Source: Mobula hypostoma (Eukaryota). From it: a stretch of DNA of 64,000 bases. The stretch is taken from positions 7,378,001 through 7,442,000 of the forward strand of contig NC_086098.1 in NCBI RefSeq assembly GCF_963921235.1, in the 5' to 3' direction. Positions 23,323-34,970 of this stretch are shown piece by piece (within the stretch, counting starts at the first letter, position 1; every line of letters begins with the position of its first letter). Under the pieces are notes generated by a model. The model worked only from the letters and a program-made list of their open reading frames with translations, was not told the origin of the DNA and made no database searches. The translations under genes were made by a program, and so were the position numbers.

Positions 23323-25418
23323 AAAACGCAATAAATATAAATACATAATGTAGTTTATATACACAGATAGATTTTTATGTCCATAAAGTGACACTAGACC
23401 GTACCTAAGGTGACCGACAGGAAATAATAAAGTTGTGGTGGGTGGAGCTGTTAATCAGCATTACTGCTTTGGGAAAATAACTGTTTTTGAGTCTGGTGGT
23501 CCTGACGTTGATGCTATGTAGCCTCCTCCCTGATGGTAGTGGGACAAAGTAAAGCTGGTCCTTCATCCTTGATCCTTGATGTCAGGCGTTGAGTCACTCC
23601 CCACAAGATACGCAGCCTTAAATCTCCTCTTGCAGCCGTTGTGTTCATGGGAGCAGTCTGAAGTGTCCACCAAGGTACTAATGGCGGGGTATTCACTGGT
23701 GGTAAAGATTTTCAATGCCAAGGGCAGGCAGTTATACCTTCTCTTGCTGGAGATGACAGTGGAGGAGCCAGTGACTGAGGCTAGAGAGAAACTGGGAGGA
23801 GATACAGTGGCCTGAGTGGGTCATGTCAGGTTCATGAGAGCCTGGATGTAGGGCTAGTCATCATAGTAAAGGAGCGAGGATTTGTTCTTCAATTCAAGAA
23901 CTGTGAGGTAATATTGCAGCTCTAAAAAACTTTAGTTAGATAGCAGATGGAGAATTGTGTTCAGTTTTTGTCGCCTCTCTATAAGAAGGACGTGAAAGCT
24001 TTAGAGAGGGTGCAGAGAAGAATTACCAGGATGCCGTCTGGATTACACAGCATGTCTTATGAGGATGTCTCAGCAACTTCTGGCTGGTGACTAACGAAAT
24101 AAGGAAAGCAACTAAATACTTCATTAACCACACTTTTTCTGGCAAACGATCACCACAAGTAATTGTCTGTAACTTCCCTTTGGACCTGGAGGCAACTCGA
24201 TGTGGCATTCCCAAGGCAAGGTGAGGGCCAGGCCCATCGGCGAGAGCATGGGAGAGTGCGAAAGGTCGGGCACAGGCTGATTCAAAGCCGCAGGGTCCAG
24301 GCCTGAGAGCGTGTCGATGCTATTAAACACGATGTTCAGGCAGAGATTTACAGGCTGAATTAAGCCAGTGAACTCTGGCATTTCCAAGTGGCAGGAACTG
24401 CTGTTTGGATGGAGATTTAAGTGCCACGCCAAGCTGTAAAGGTCAGGGCGTCAAGACCTGAGGAGAGATATGGGCTGGTTCAGATCGCTGCTTGAAGCAG
24501 CAGAACCTATTGTTTGGATGGAGAATTAAGCACCAGGCAGATTGAAAATGTCAGGGTGTAGGGTCCCAAGGAGAGGAAGAGGTCATTCAGATCGCTGTTC
24601 CAAGCCGTTTACTCAGCTTTGCACTGAACTATGGGACTCTCTTACGAACTTCAGTTCAGAAACACTATTTGCTTGCGGTGACTTGTTTGCATGAAGTTTA
24701 TTTTCATTACACATTGGGTGTTTGAAGGTTTTCTCTTTTATGGGTTATATTATTCTTCTGTTTTTTTATGGGCATGATGTGGTCTTTATTCTCTACATTG
24801 AATATTAGTCTTTTTTATATATGAGGGTTCTTTTTTTGAGTGTCTTTATTTCGCGACTGCCTATTAGGAGGCATATCTCAAGGTTTTATGATGTATACAT
24901 ACTTTAATAATAAATATACTTTGAACTTTTAACTTTGAAAGATTGAGTGAGCTAGGCTTTTCTCTTTAAAGCAAAATAGGATGAGAGATAACGATAAAGG
25001 TGTATAAAGTGACAAAAACATGGATAGAGTGGCCAGCCAGTGTGTTTTTCCTAGAACAGCAATGACTAATATGAGAGGGTATAATTTTAAGGTGATTTGA
25101 GGAAAGTATTAGGTAGGCTTTTTACACAGAGAGTGGTGGGTGCATGGAATGTACTGCCAGCGGTAGCTGTAGAGACAAATACATTGTCAACATTTGAGAG
25201 ACTCCAGAAGGGTACATGGCTGAAAGAAAATTGGAGGTCTATGTGGGAGGGAGGTGTTAGATTGATCTTGGAGTAAATATTAGGCACAACATTGGGAGCT
25301 AAAGTGCCTGTACTGTGCTGTACTCCAACTATACATGAAAGTATGTGTCATAAATGTTCCTTGTCATTTTTCAGCCATGCCTGAATGTCGATCAGGTTTG
25401 GACTATTTCATTTTATGA

Positions 25419-25684
25419 GGACATTGCCCTAAAAATCTCCTCAGTACCACCAGGGGCTGAGGAAATGGCCGTGTCCAGGACATTGTCCTAAGGAGATCCT
25501 CAGAACCACCAGGGACTGAGGAAATGGCCATGTCTAGGACATTGTCCTAAGGAGATTCTCAGTACCACCAGGTGCTGAGGAAATGGCCAAGTCTAGGACA
25601 TTGTCCTAGGGAGATCCTCAGTACAACTCAGGGCTGAGGAAATGGCCGTGTCCAGGATACTGCCCTAAGGAAATCTTCAGTACA
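25419..25684. repeat. 59-bp tandem repeat, about 4.5 units (left part)
   Basis: The GGA[C/T]A.TG anchor recurs at 25419, 25478, 25537, 25596 and 25655. Confidence 0.9.
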
Positions 25685-26108
25685 TGTCACCAAGTTCGGA
25701 CATGGCCCAAGTGCGGAGTGGGAGACACTGAAGCTGGTCGATAGTTCACAAAACTTTAATGTGAACAGTGTTACAGGGAAAATAAAACAATAAACACTAG
25801 GCCAAAAAGGGCCATGAGCTAAAACTTTCAAATGGGAAACAAAGCCTACACTGTGGCTGAAAAGAACATCTAAATATTAAACGAATACTGCTAGTCTTCA
25901 GAGTCAGTTGACTCGACAGTCCAATTTCTCAGGCAAGGCCAAATGCAAACAGGCAACAATGCATTGCTGTGTCCCGTCCAAGTCTCGACAAGCACTATGA
26001 TGACAAGTATGGAGTTAAATACTATCACAATTAAATAATAATTGACACGTGCATATTTACAAGCGCAATTGACGTATCTACTGCACTGCCAAATCCGTGG
26101 CTGTGACA
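25685..26108 (-). repeat. 3' LTR of chromovirus (424 bp)
   Basis: Inverted termini TGTCAC/GTGACA. The last ~70 bp match 31145-31215. Confidence 0.88.
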
Positions 26109-26159
26109 GGGCCCTCCTCTCTAAGCACAACCCCTGAGGTGCCACAGACCTGTGTCTGC

Positions 26160-27930
26160 TGGAGTCCCAGATCAACGACTTGTCCAAGATGTCCTTCGCT
26201 GGGGTTCAAGTACGTTATTCTGGGCCATACCCTTCCCAGTCCACAAGGTACTGGACCTTACCATGTACCCGGCGAGATGCCAGGAGGCGACACATAGTAT
26301 AGACAAGGGAACCATCTACCAAGTGGGGAGGAGGGGGAGAGATAGCAACTGGCTTGAGCTGGGAAACATGGAATACTGGGTGAATCTTCAGAGATGCTGG
26401 TCAATGCAATCTATAAGACACCTTGTTGACAGCCTTTTCCACTACAAACAATCCCACGTAGCCCGGTGCCAATTTCTGGTTCTCAACTTGATGCCAACTA
26501 GACCTTCTCTCCTGGCTTGAATGGCCTCACCTGTCGATGGAGTTCATCAGCCTGCTGGGAATGCTGTTTCTAGGCGCGCAGCAGAGACGCCCTGGCTTAT
26601 CTCCAGGTGCGCTTGTAGCGCTGGATCAGCTGTTCAGTAGCAGGAACGCCTACATCGATCTCCTGATCAGGGAAGAGCGGGGGCTGGAATCCCTTCTGGC
26701 ATTCAAAGGGAGACATACCGGTGGAGGACGACTGGAGGCTATTGTGGGTGATCTCTGCCCAAACCAATTAGGAGCTCCAGGACACGGGGTTGGAAGAGGC
26801 AAGATAGCGCTGGGTTGGACTCCTGGTTCACTCTCTCAGTCTGGCATTAGATTGGGGGTGGAAGCCAGACGAGAGGCTGGCCATGGCTCCTACAAGGCAG
26901 AAAGCCTTCCAAAAGCAGGAAGTGAACTGTGGTCCATGATCAAACACTATGTCTTGAGTAAAGCAATGGAGCCTGAACACATGTTGAACCATCAGTGTGG
27001 CAGTCACGCGAGGCGATGGGAGCTCGGGGAGGGCAATGAAGTGGGCAGCTTTGGAAAATCGATCCACAACGACCAAAATGGTAGTGTTTCCATTAGACAG
27101 GGCAGACCATGTGGACCAGGGGCGGTGGGGCACAGGCAGTGGACGTACCAGACCTGCTCAACACTGGCGTGATGTCTTGTTCCGAGTGCAGATGGGACAG
27201 GCAGACACAAAGTCGTGGACATCCTGAAACATAGATGGCCACCAAAATTGACTCTTTATAAACTCCTAAGTCTGTTGAGTTCCCAGATGTCCAGCCAGTC
27301 GGGAGGAGTGACCCCATTCCAACACTTCGGAACGCACCGCAGCAGGGACAAACAACTGGTTGGGAGGTCCCCCATCCAGGCCTGGATCTGATTGTTGGAC
27401 AGCCCTCAGCTCTGCTTCCATTCCCCAGATCACCGGAGCAGCGATACACGAGCAAGGAAGAATGTGCTCGGCATTGTCCTCAGATCTGTCAAACTGCCGG
27501 GAGAGAGTGTCAGCTCTTGTGTTCTTGCTGCCGGGACAATAAGTGAGGATGAAATTGAACGGTGTGAAGAAGAGAGCCCACCGGGCTTGACGAGAGTTGA
27601 GTCTCTTAGCATCCTGAATATAGGAGAGGTTCTTGTGATCTGTCCAGACCAAGAATGGATGCCCTGCTCCCTCCAGCCAGTGTTGCCATTCCTCCAAGTC
27701 CTCCTTGACAGCCAGAAGCTCCCGGTTCCCAACGTCGTAATTCCTCTCGGCTGGAGTCAAGTGACAGGAAAGAAAGGCACAAGGGTGCAGCCGGCTGTCC
27801 GCAGACGAGTGTTGAGAGAGGACAGCTCCAATGCCGACATCAGATGCATCCAACTCGACTACGAATGGCTGTGATGGGTCTGGGTGCTGCAGCAGTGGGG
27901 CAGTGGTGAAACGTCACTTTAGCTCTGAAA
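26160..27930 (-). pseudogene. Gypsy pol: RNase H, integrase, chromodomain (frameshifted)
   Basis: ORFs 27266-27853 and 26828-27133 ([20 protein letters not shown]). The reverse strand near 26200-26260 reads [12 protein letters not shown]. Confidence 0.88.
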
Positions 27931-27933
27931 GTC

Positions 27934-30646
27934 AGATTGTGGTCGGCACGGCAGGGAGAGTTTTTCTTTCTTCTCCCATCTGCGTGAGATGTGGGACATT
28001 TGAGAATCTTTGAACTTTACTGTGCTCATGGACTTCTTCATCAAGTTATGGTATTGTTGCACTGTTGTAACGATATGTTATAATTATGGGAATAATGCGG
28101 AAGGTGCAGGATCAGTTCATTCTAAAGCGGAAGAAAGATCCTAAGGGGAGTAAGGGGAGGCCGTGGCTGACAAGAGAAGTAATGGACAGTATAAAAATAA
28201 AAGAGAAGGAGTATAACATAGCAAAGACGAGTGGGAAGCCGCAGGATTGGGAAACTTTTAAAGAGCAACATAAGGTAACTAAAAAGGCAACATGTGGAGA
28301 AAAACTGAGGTACGAAGGTAAACTAGCCAGGAATATAAAGGAAGATAGTGAAAGCTTCTTTAGGTATGTGAAAAGGAAAAAAATAGATAACACCAAAATT
28401 GGGCCCTTGAAGACAGAAACGGGTGAATTTATTATGGGGACCAAAGAAATGGCAGACGAGTTGAACAGGTACTTTGGATCTGTCTTCACTAGGGAAGACA
28501 CAAACAATCTTCCAGATGTAATAGTGGCCAAAGGACCTAGGGTAATGGATGAACTGAAGGAAATTTATATTAGGCAGGAAATGGTGTTGGATAGACTGTT
28601 GGGTCTGAAGGCTGATAAGTCCCTGGGACCTGATGGTCTGCATCCCAGGATACTTAAGGAGGTGGCTTTAGAAATTGTGGATGCTTTGGTAATCATTTTC
28701 CAATGTTCTATAGATTCAGGATCAGTTCCTGTGGTGGAGGGTGGCTAATGTTGTCGCTCTCTTCAAGAAGGGAGGAAGAGAGAAAACAGGGAATTATAGA
28801 CCGGTTAGCCTGATGTTGGTGGTGGGAAAGATGCTGGAGTCAATTATAAAAGATAAAATTACGACACATCTGGAAGGCAGTAACAGGATTGGTCCGAGTC
28901 AGCATGGATTTACGAAGGGGAAATTGTGCTTGACTAATCTTCTGGAATTTTTTGAGGATGTAACTATGAAAATGGACAAGGGAGAGCCAGTGGATGTAGT
29001 GTACCTGGACTTTCAGAAAGCCTTTGATAAAGTCCCACATATGAGATTAGTGGGCAAAGTTGGGGCACGTGATATTGGGGGCAGAGTACTGACATGGATT
29101 GAAAATTGGCTGGCTGACAGAAAACAAAGAGTAGCGATTAACGGGTCCCTTTTGGAATGGCAGGCGGTGACCAGTGGGGTACCGCAGGGTTCAGTGCTGG
29201 GACCGCAGCTGTTTACAATATATATTAATGATTTAGATGAGGGAATTAAAAGTAACATTAGCAAATTTGCCAACGACACAAAGCTGGGTGGCAGTGTGAA
29301 ATGTGAGGAGGATGTTATGAGAATGCAGGGTGACTTGGACAGGTTGGGTGAGTGGGCAGATGCATGGCAGATGCAGTTTAATGTGGATAAGTGTGAGGTT
29401 ATCCACTTTGGTGGTAAGAACAGGAAGGCAGATTATTATCTAAATGGAGTCAAGTTAGGAAAAGGGGAAGTACAACGAGATCTAGGTGTTCTTGTGTATC
29501 AGTCACTGAAAGCAAGCATGCAAGTACAGCAGGCAGTGAAGAAAGCTAATGGCATGCTGGCCTTTATAACAAGGGGAATTGAGTACAAGAGCAAAGAGGT
29601 CCTTCTGCAGCTGTACAGGGCCCTGATGAGACCACACCTGGAGTACTGTGTGCAGTTTTGGTCTCCAAATTTGAGGAAGGACATTCTTGCTATTGAGGGA
29701 GTGCAGCATAGGTTCACGAGGTTAATTCTCGGGATGATGGGACTGTCACTCACCCAGCCTGTCCAAGTCACCCTGCATTCTCATAACATCCTCCTCACAT
29801 TTCACACTGCCACCCAGCTTTGTGTCATTGGCAAATTTGCTAATATTACTTTTAATTCCCTCATCCAAATCATTAATATATATTGTAAACAGCTGCGGTC
29901 CCAGCACTGAACCCTGCGGTACTGGTCACCACCTGCCATTCCGAAAGGGACCCGTTAATCGCTACTCTTTGTTTTCTGTCAGCCAGCCAATTTTCAATCC
30001 ATGTCAGGACTCTGCTCCCAATACCATGTGCCCTAACTTTGCCCACTAATCTCCTATGTGGGACGTTATCGAAAGATTGGAGCGACTGGGCTTGTACACA
30101 CTGGAATTTAGAAGGCTGAGAGGGGATCTTATTGAAACATATAAGATTATTAAGGGATTGGACACGCTGAAGGCAGGAAGCATGTTCCCATTGATGGGTG
30201 AGTCCAGAACCAGAGGCCACAGTTTAAGAATAAGGGGTAGGCCATTTAGAACGGAGTCGAGGAAAAACTTTTTCACCCAGAGAGTGGTGGATATATGGAA
30301 TGCTCTGCCCCAGAAGGCAGTGGAGGCCAAGTCTCTGGATGCTTTCAAAAAAGAGATGGATAGAGCTCTTAAAGATAGTGGAATCAAAGGTTATGGAGAT
30401 AAGGCAGGAACTGGATACTGATTGTGGATGATCAGCCATGATCACAGTGAATGGCGGTGCTGGCTCAAAGGGCCGAATGGCCTACTCCTGCACCTATTGT
30501 CTATAATTAAGTGGTTTTGTCAGTTTTTTCAGTCTTGGTCTGTCCTGTGTTTTGTGATATCACACCGGAGGGAATAATGTATCATTTCTTAATGCATGCA
30601 TTACTAAATGACAATAAAAGAGGATTACGTGTCTTCATAATCATAA
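27934..30646 (+). mobile_element. Unclassified SINE-like/LINE-tail element inserted in the Gypsy pol and split by a CR1
   Basis: 27936-28087 joined to 30510-30646 matches the uninterrupted reverse copy at 34443-34735. AATAAA is followed by a (CATAAT)n tail. Confidence 0.75.
28087..30501 (+). mobile_element. CR1 subfamily 'C', 5'-truncated, with internal inverted duplication
   Basis: RT ORFs at 28086-28748, 28741-29750 and 30068-30421, a CTATTGT tail, and TSD TATAATTA (28079-28086 / 30502-30509). Confidence 0.92.
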
Positions 30647-31135
30647 ATGCTCGGTCGGCATCGTCTGTCCAATGTAATCCTGCTGAGGTCTTCTTGGTGA
30701 GTGCATTAATTGGAGCTGTGATTGAGCCAAAATTCTGGATGAAGCGGCGATAAAGGTTCGCAAACCCCATGAAGCACCATACCTATTTGACTGTAGATGC
30801 TTTGGGCCATTGCACAAGTGCCTGAACCTTACTGGGGTCCATTTGAACACAGAATGGGGTAAGTATATAGCCCAAGCACGACACCTGGTCTTTATGGAAT
30901 TCACGTTTTTCAGGCTTGGCGTACAGGTTGTTTTCAAGAGGGCGTCTGAGTACCCTCCGGACATGCTGGACATGCTGCTGATGAGAGCGGGAATAGATAA
31001 GAATGTCATCTGAATATACAAACACAAGCTCGTTCAACATTTCCCTGAGCACATCATTAGCCAAGGCTTGGAGTACAGCAGGGACGATGGCCAGACCAAA
31101 AGGCATCACCAGGTATTAATAGTGGCTATTAGAGG
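30647..31135 (-). pseudogene. Gypsy reverse transcriptase fragment
   Basis: [29 protein letters not shown] and GFANLYRRFI motifs. Confidence 0.88.
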
Positions 31136-31215
31136 TGTTAATAACTAGCTAACACGTGCATATTCACAAGCGCAATTTCCGTATCTACTACGCTGCCAAA
31201 TCTGTGGCTGTGACA

Positions 31216-31286
31216 GTACAATCGAGGGGCTGAGGAGATGGCTGTGTCTTGGACATTGTCCTAGGGAGATCCTCAGTACAGCTCAG
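31216..31286. repeat. 59-bp tandem repeat (right remainder after Gypsy insertion)
   Basis: GGGGCTGAGGAGATGGCTGTGTCTTGGACATTGTCCTAGGGAGATCCTCAGTACA continues the unit phase from 25684. Confidence 0.85.
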
Positions 31287-31714
31287 AACACTATTGCATA
31301 CACTCAGTTGAGTCAAGTTTATTGTTTTGTGTATTGAGTCACCTTATTGTATTTATCCCCCTTGGCTGGTAATGTCATCTTTCCACAGCGTGTTCCTCCC
31401 GAGACAGGAATATTCTCCGCAAGCTTATCTTCAGCAATGCAAACACAAAACAGGCAATGAATTGGAGAACATGAACCCAGTGTAAAAATTAATGATAATC
31501 AGCAAACATTCCAACAGTCAGCTGCCAGTCATGCAATTGTACCTCAAACTTAAATTTAAAACATCTAAATCTGAGCTGGATTCATCTGGAGGGGTAGGGA
31601 AACGTTTTGTAGGTTGTGCTGTTTGGAAAATGACAGTCAGGGAGTTAGCAGCATGTAATAATAAAGATGCTGATAATGAACACGTACAGAATCAGAACCC
31701 GGTTTGATATCACC

Positions 31715-32100
31715 AGCACGAAAAAGTCTGCAGAAGCAGGAAATCTAAAGAGTCAGCTACAGTACCGGAAGTCTGAGAAATCGATGTTCATGCCATCAGA
31801 CCATGATGAGGCCACACTCAGGTTGGAGGAGCAACTGCTTGTATTCTGTCTGGGTAGCCTCCTATCAGATTCTCCCTTCTCCAGCCCTTTATCTCTTTCA
31901 CCAATCAATATCCCAGCTCTCCCCCTCCCAGTTTTACCCATCATATTCTTCCTCTCCTCCCCTCCCCCAACCTTCTTATTCTGACATCTCCCCTTCATTT
32001 CCAGACCTGGAGAAGGGTTCGGCCTGAAACATCGACTGTTTCCTCCTTTCTATGGATGATGCTGGCCTGCTGAGCTCCTCCACCATCTGGTCTGTATTGC
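31715..32100. mobile_element. PLE fragments in fold-back arrangement
   Basis: A minus-strand PLE end is followed by plus-strand DEATLRLEEQL.VFCLGSL and a degenerate hammerhead at about 32003-32038. Confidence 0.65.
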
Positions 32101-34442
32101 TTAATATCATTGGCATATGTCCAGAAATTTGTTGTTATACGGCAGCATTGCAATGCAGTACATAACAAAAACTGTAAATTACAGTCATCGTTATGTGCCA
32201 TGTTGTATGACATCGGTAATCATGGTCTCCGTGACCATGATTGTTTTTAATAAGTGATTCTGCAGACGTAGTTTGCCGTTGCCTTCTTCTGGGCAGTGTC
32301 TTTATTAGTTGGGTGACCCCAGCCATTATCAATACTCTTCTGAGGTTGTCAGTGGTCACATAACCAGGACTTGTGATCTGCACCCGCTGCTCATACGACC
32401 ATCCACCACCTGCTCCTATGGAGTCACATGATCCTGATCGCGAGGGACTAAGCAGGTGCTACACCCTGCCCACGGGTGACCTGCAGGCTAGTGGAGGGAG
32501 GGAATGCCTTACACCTCCTTTGGTAGAGACGTAGCTCCCCTGGCACCCATTGTACAGTAAACTCCTATAAAAACCAGTCTGAGAATTAGCTGATATTCAT
32601 TTAATAAGTAACACACACAAAATAATTATTCATTTAATAATATCTCCATCCCAGTAAGAATTCTGTATGTACTAAAAAAGTACAGCAAGTAAAAGAAAAG
32701 AACATAGTGCGCTAGTGTTCATGGGTTCAATGTCCGTTCAGAAACCTGATGGCAGAGGAGAAGAAGCTGTTTCTGAACCATCGAGTGTGTGCCTTCAGGT
32801 TCCTATACTTCCTCCTTGATGGTAGCAATGGGAAGAGGGCTTTCCTGGGTGGTGAACCCAAGATTACTTTTCAACCATTTTAACAGGAAATTGTGCAAAA
32901 TTGCATAAAACAAAATCAGAGAAAATAAGATCTTTAAACATTGCTATGGTTTTGGAATGGTCACAGCTAATTGAAAGATAGCACGAGTGACACACTTGTT
33001 TCAGAATGGAGGGAGTAAGGTAGTAGAGAACCACTGGCCGGTGAGTCTAATCCACTGTTAATGAAATGTCAAAATTCATTATTACACACCCGAGACCAGG
33101 GCCATTGTAAAGGAATAACAACCTGAAGCAAAGCCAGCATAAGAAATCTGAAGATGTTAGCAGCTACATGCACATTTAAATGATACAGTAGCAAACTAAA
33201 AACTCATTTTATATAATTATTCTTTCTAATTGATGAATGTTGCTATTTGTCTTGCATGTCACGGCAACCCATCCCAGCAAATCGTTAATACATATAAATG
33301 TATATGGCGAATGAAGATTATCCTTAGTCCTTGAAATACGATTTGAAAGTGATTAATTTTATAAATGCTGTATACATTGTAAATATAAGCTGGTATTTAT
33401 GTATTTATGCACATTTTATTCCATGTATGTACTTTAACTTTATATAGTTCTTTATTCATTATAATGGCTGAATGTTTTTTTTTTGGGTCAGGCCAACACA
33501 CAGGCAAATTCCTAATATACAAATGTTTGTAGATAAATATATATAATACATGTAAATGTATATGGTAAATATTGACTTAATCCTTGAGGTTTGGTTATTT
33601 TTTCATTGATTCTAGGGTGTTTCTTTGTATTTACTGTGAATGCCCACAAGAAAATGAATCTCAGCGTTGTCTATGGTGACATCTATGTACTTTAATAATA
33701 AATTGAAGTAAATAAGTTAAAAAGTAAATAAAAAGATAAGAGAGAACTTGTACATCTGGGATTGATAAGGTACAGCACAAAAGATCGTTATATGGAAAAA
33801 GGGCTCATCAACTTTACCAGCTTTATTTGCCATATACAATACTGTGTACAAGTCTTAGGTGCACACATACACACACACATACACACTTAAATACAGAGCT
33901 CGCATGTCTAATACTGTAGTAATTATATAGGAACATAAGACATAGGAGCAGAACGAGACCATTCAACCCATCAAGTCTGCTCTGATATTCCATCATGGCT
34001 GATCCCGGATCTCACTCAACACCATGCACCTGCCTTCTCACCATATACTTTATTATATGTATTGCACTGTACTACTGACAGCAAAAAAAAGCAAATTTCA
34101 TGACATATGTGAGCGATGATAAACCTGATTCTGATATGGGTCTCTAATGTGGACTGAGAGTGCGAAGAGGGGAATTGTGGTTGGGAAAAGGGGAATGGGG
34201 AGGGTAGGGAGTGGGATGTATCAGAGAGGCATTCTGTAAAGATCAGAAAGCAATTGTTTGGAATTGAATGAACTTGCCTGGTGTCACAGGGTTGTGTGTG
34301 TCTGCACTTGTGTCACTCTCCCCCACCTCACTCCTGGCATTCCTTCTCTGCCACCTGTCCCATACCCTTCTCTGCCATCTGTCCCACACCTTTCCTGCAG
34401 TGCTCCACCCTCATCATTCCCAACATCCTTTGCTCCTGCAAG

Positions 34443-34970
34443 ATTTAGATTATGAAGACACCTAGTCCTCTTTTATTGTCATTTAGTAATGCATGTATTA
34501 AGAAATGATACAATATTTCCTCCGGTGTGATATCACAAAAACACAGGACAGACCAAGACTGAAAAAACTGACAAAACCACATAATTATAACATATAGTTA
34601 CAAACAGTGTAACAATACCATAACTTGATGAAGAAGTCCATGAGCACAGTAAAGTTCAAAGTTTCTGAAACGTCCCACATCTCACGCAGACAGGAGAAGG
34701 AAGGAAAACTCTCCCTGCCATGCCCGACCACAATCCGACTCTGAGTCATCCAAAAACTTCGAGCTCTGATCAGCTCTGTGACACTGAGTACTGAGTGCCA
34801 TCTCTGTCCGAACGATTCGACCTCCTTCTCGGTCGCCAAAAGCAGGCAAGGCCGGGGATTTTGAGGCCTACCCTCTGAAAGATTCCCAACCACGCAGCAA
34901 CGACAGGCGTTTCAGAAATTTCTCCAGATGTTCCTCTGTGCTTTCACGTCCATTCTCCACCAAATCAGAA
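34443..34970 (-). mobile_element. Uninterrupted copy of the SINE-like element found at 27934/30510
   Basis: Reverse-complement identity to 27936-28087 and 30510-30640. Confidence 0.75.

Larger units (their letters stand above)
25685..31215 (-). mobile_element. Ty3/Gypsy chromovirus (sushi-like) provirus, decayed; gag/protease and most of the 5' LTR deleted
   Basis: 3' LTR 25685-26108 (TGTCAC..GTGACA) with adjacent PPT, 5' LTR remnant about 31140-31215, and 5-bp TSD GTACA on both sides. RT (MPFGL, VY.DDILIYS), RNase H ([30 protein letters not shown]), integrase and chromodomain are recognisable. Confidence 0.92.

Noticed and set aside
25419..25684. 59-bp repeat as a CRISPR array or tandem hammerhead
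   Set aside because: The context is eukaryotic, with no cas genes and no unique spacers. CTGAGGA matches CUGANGA, but a consistent GAAA and correctly placed helices are lacking.
28741..29910. 389-aa RT ORF as a functional or domesticated gene
   Set aside because: It is a 5'-truncated CR1 whose catalytic FADD is mutated to FAND, and the C-terminus runs into an inverted insert.
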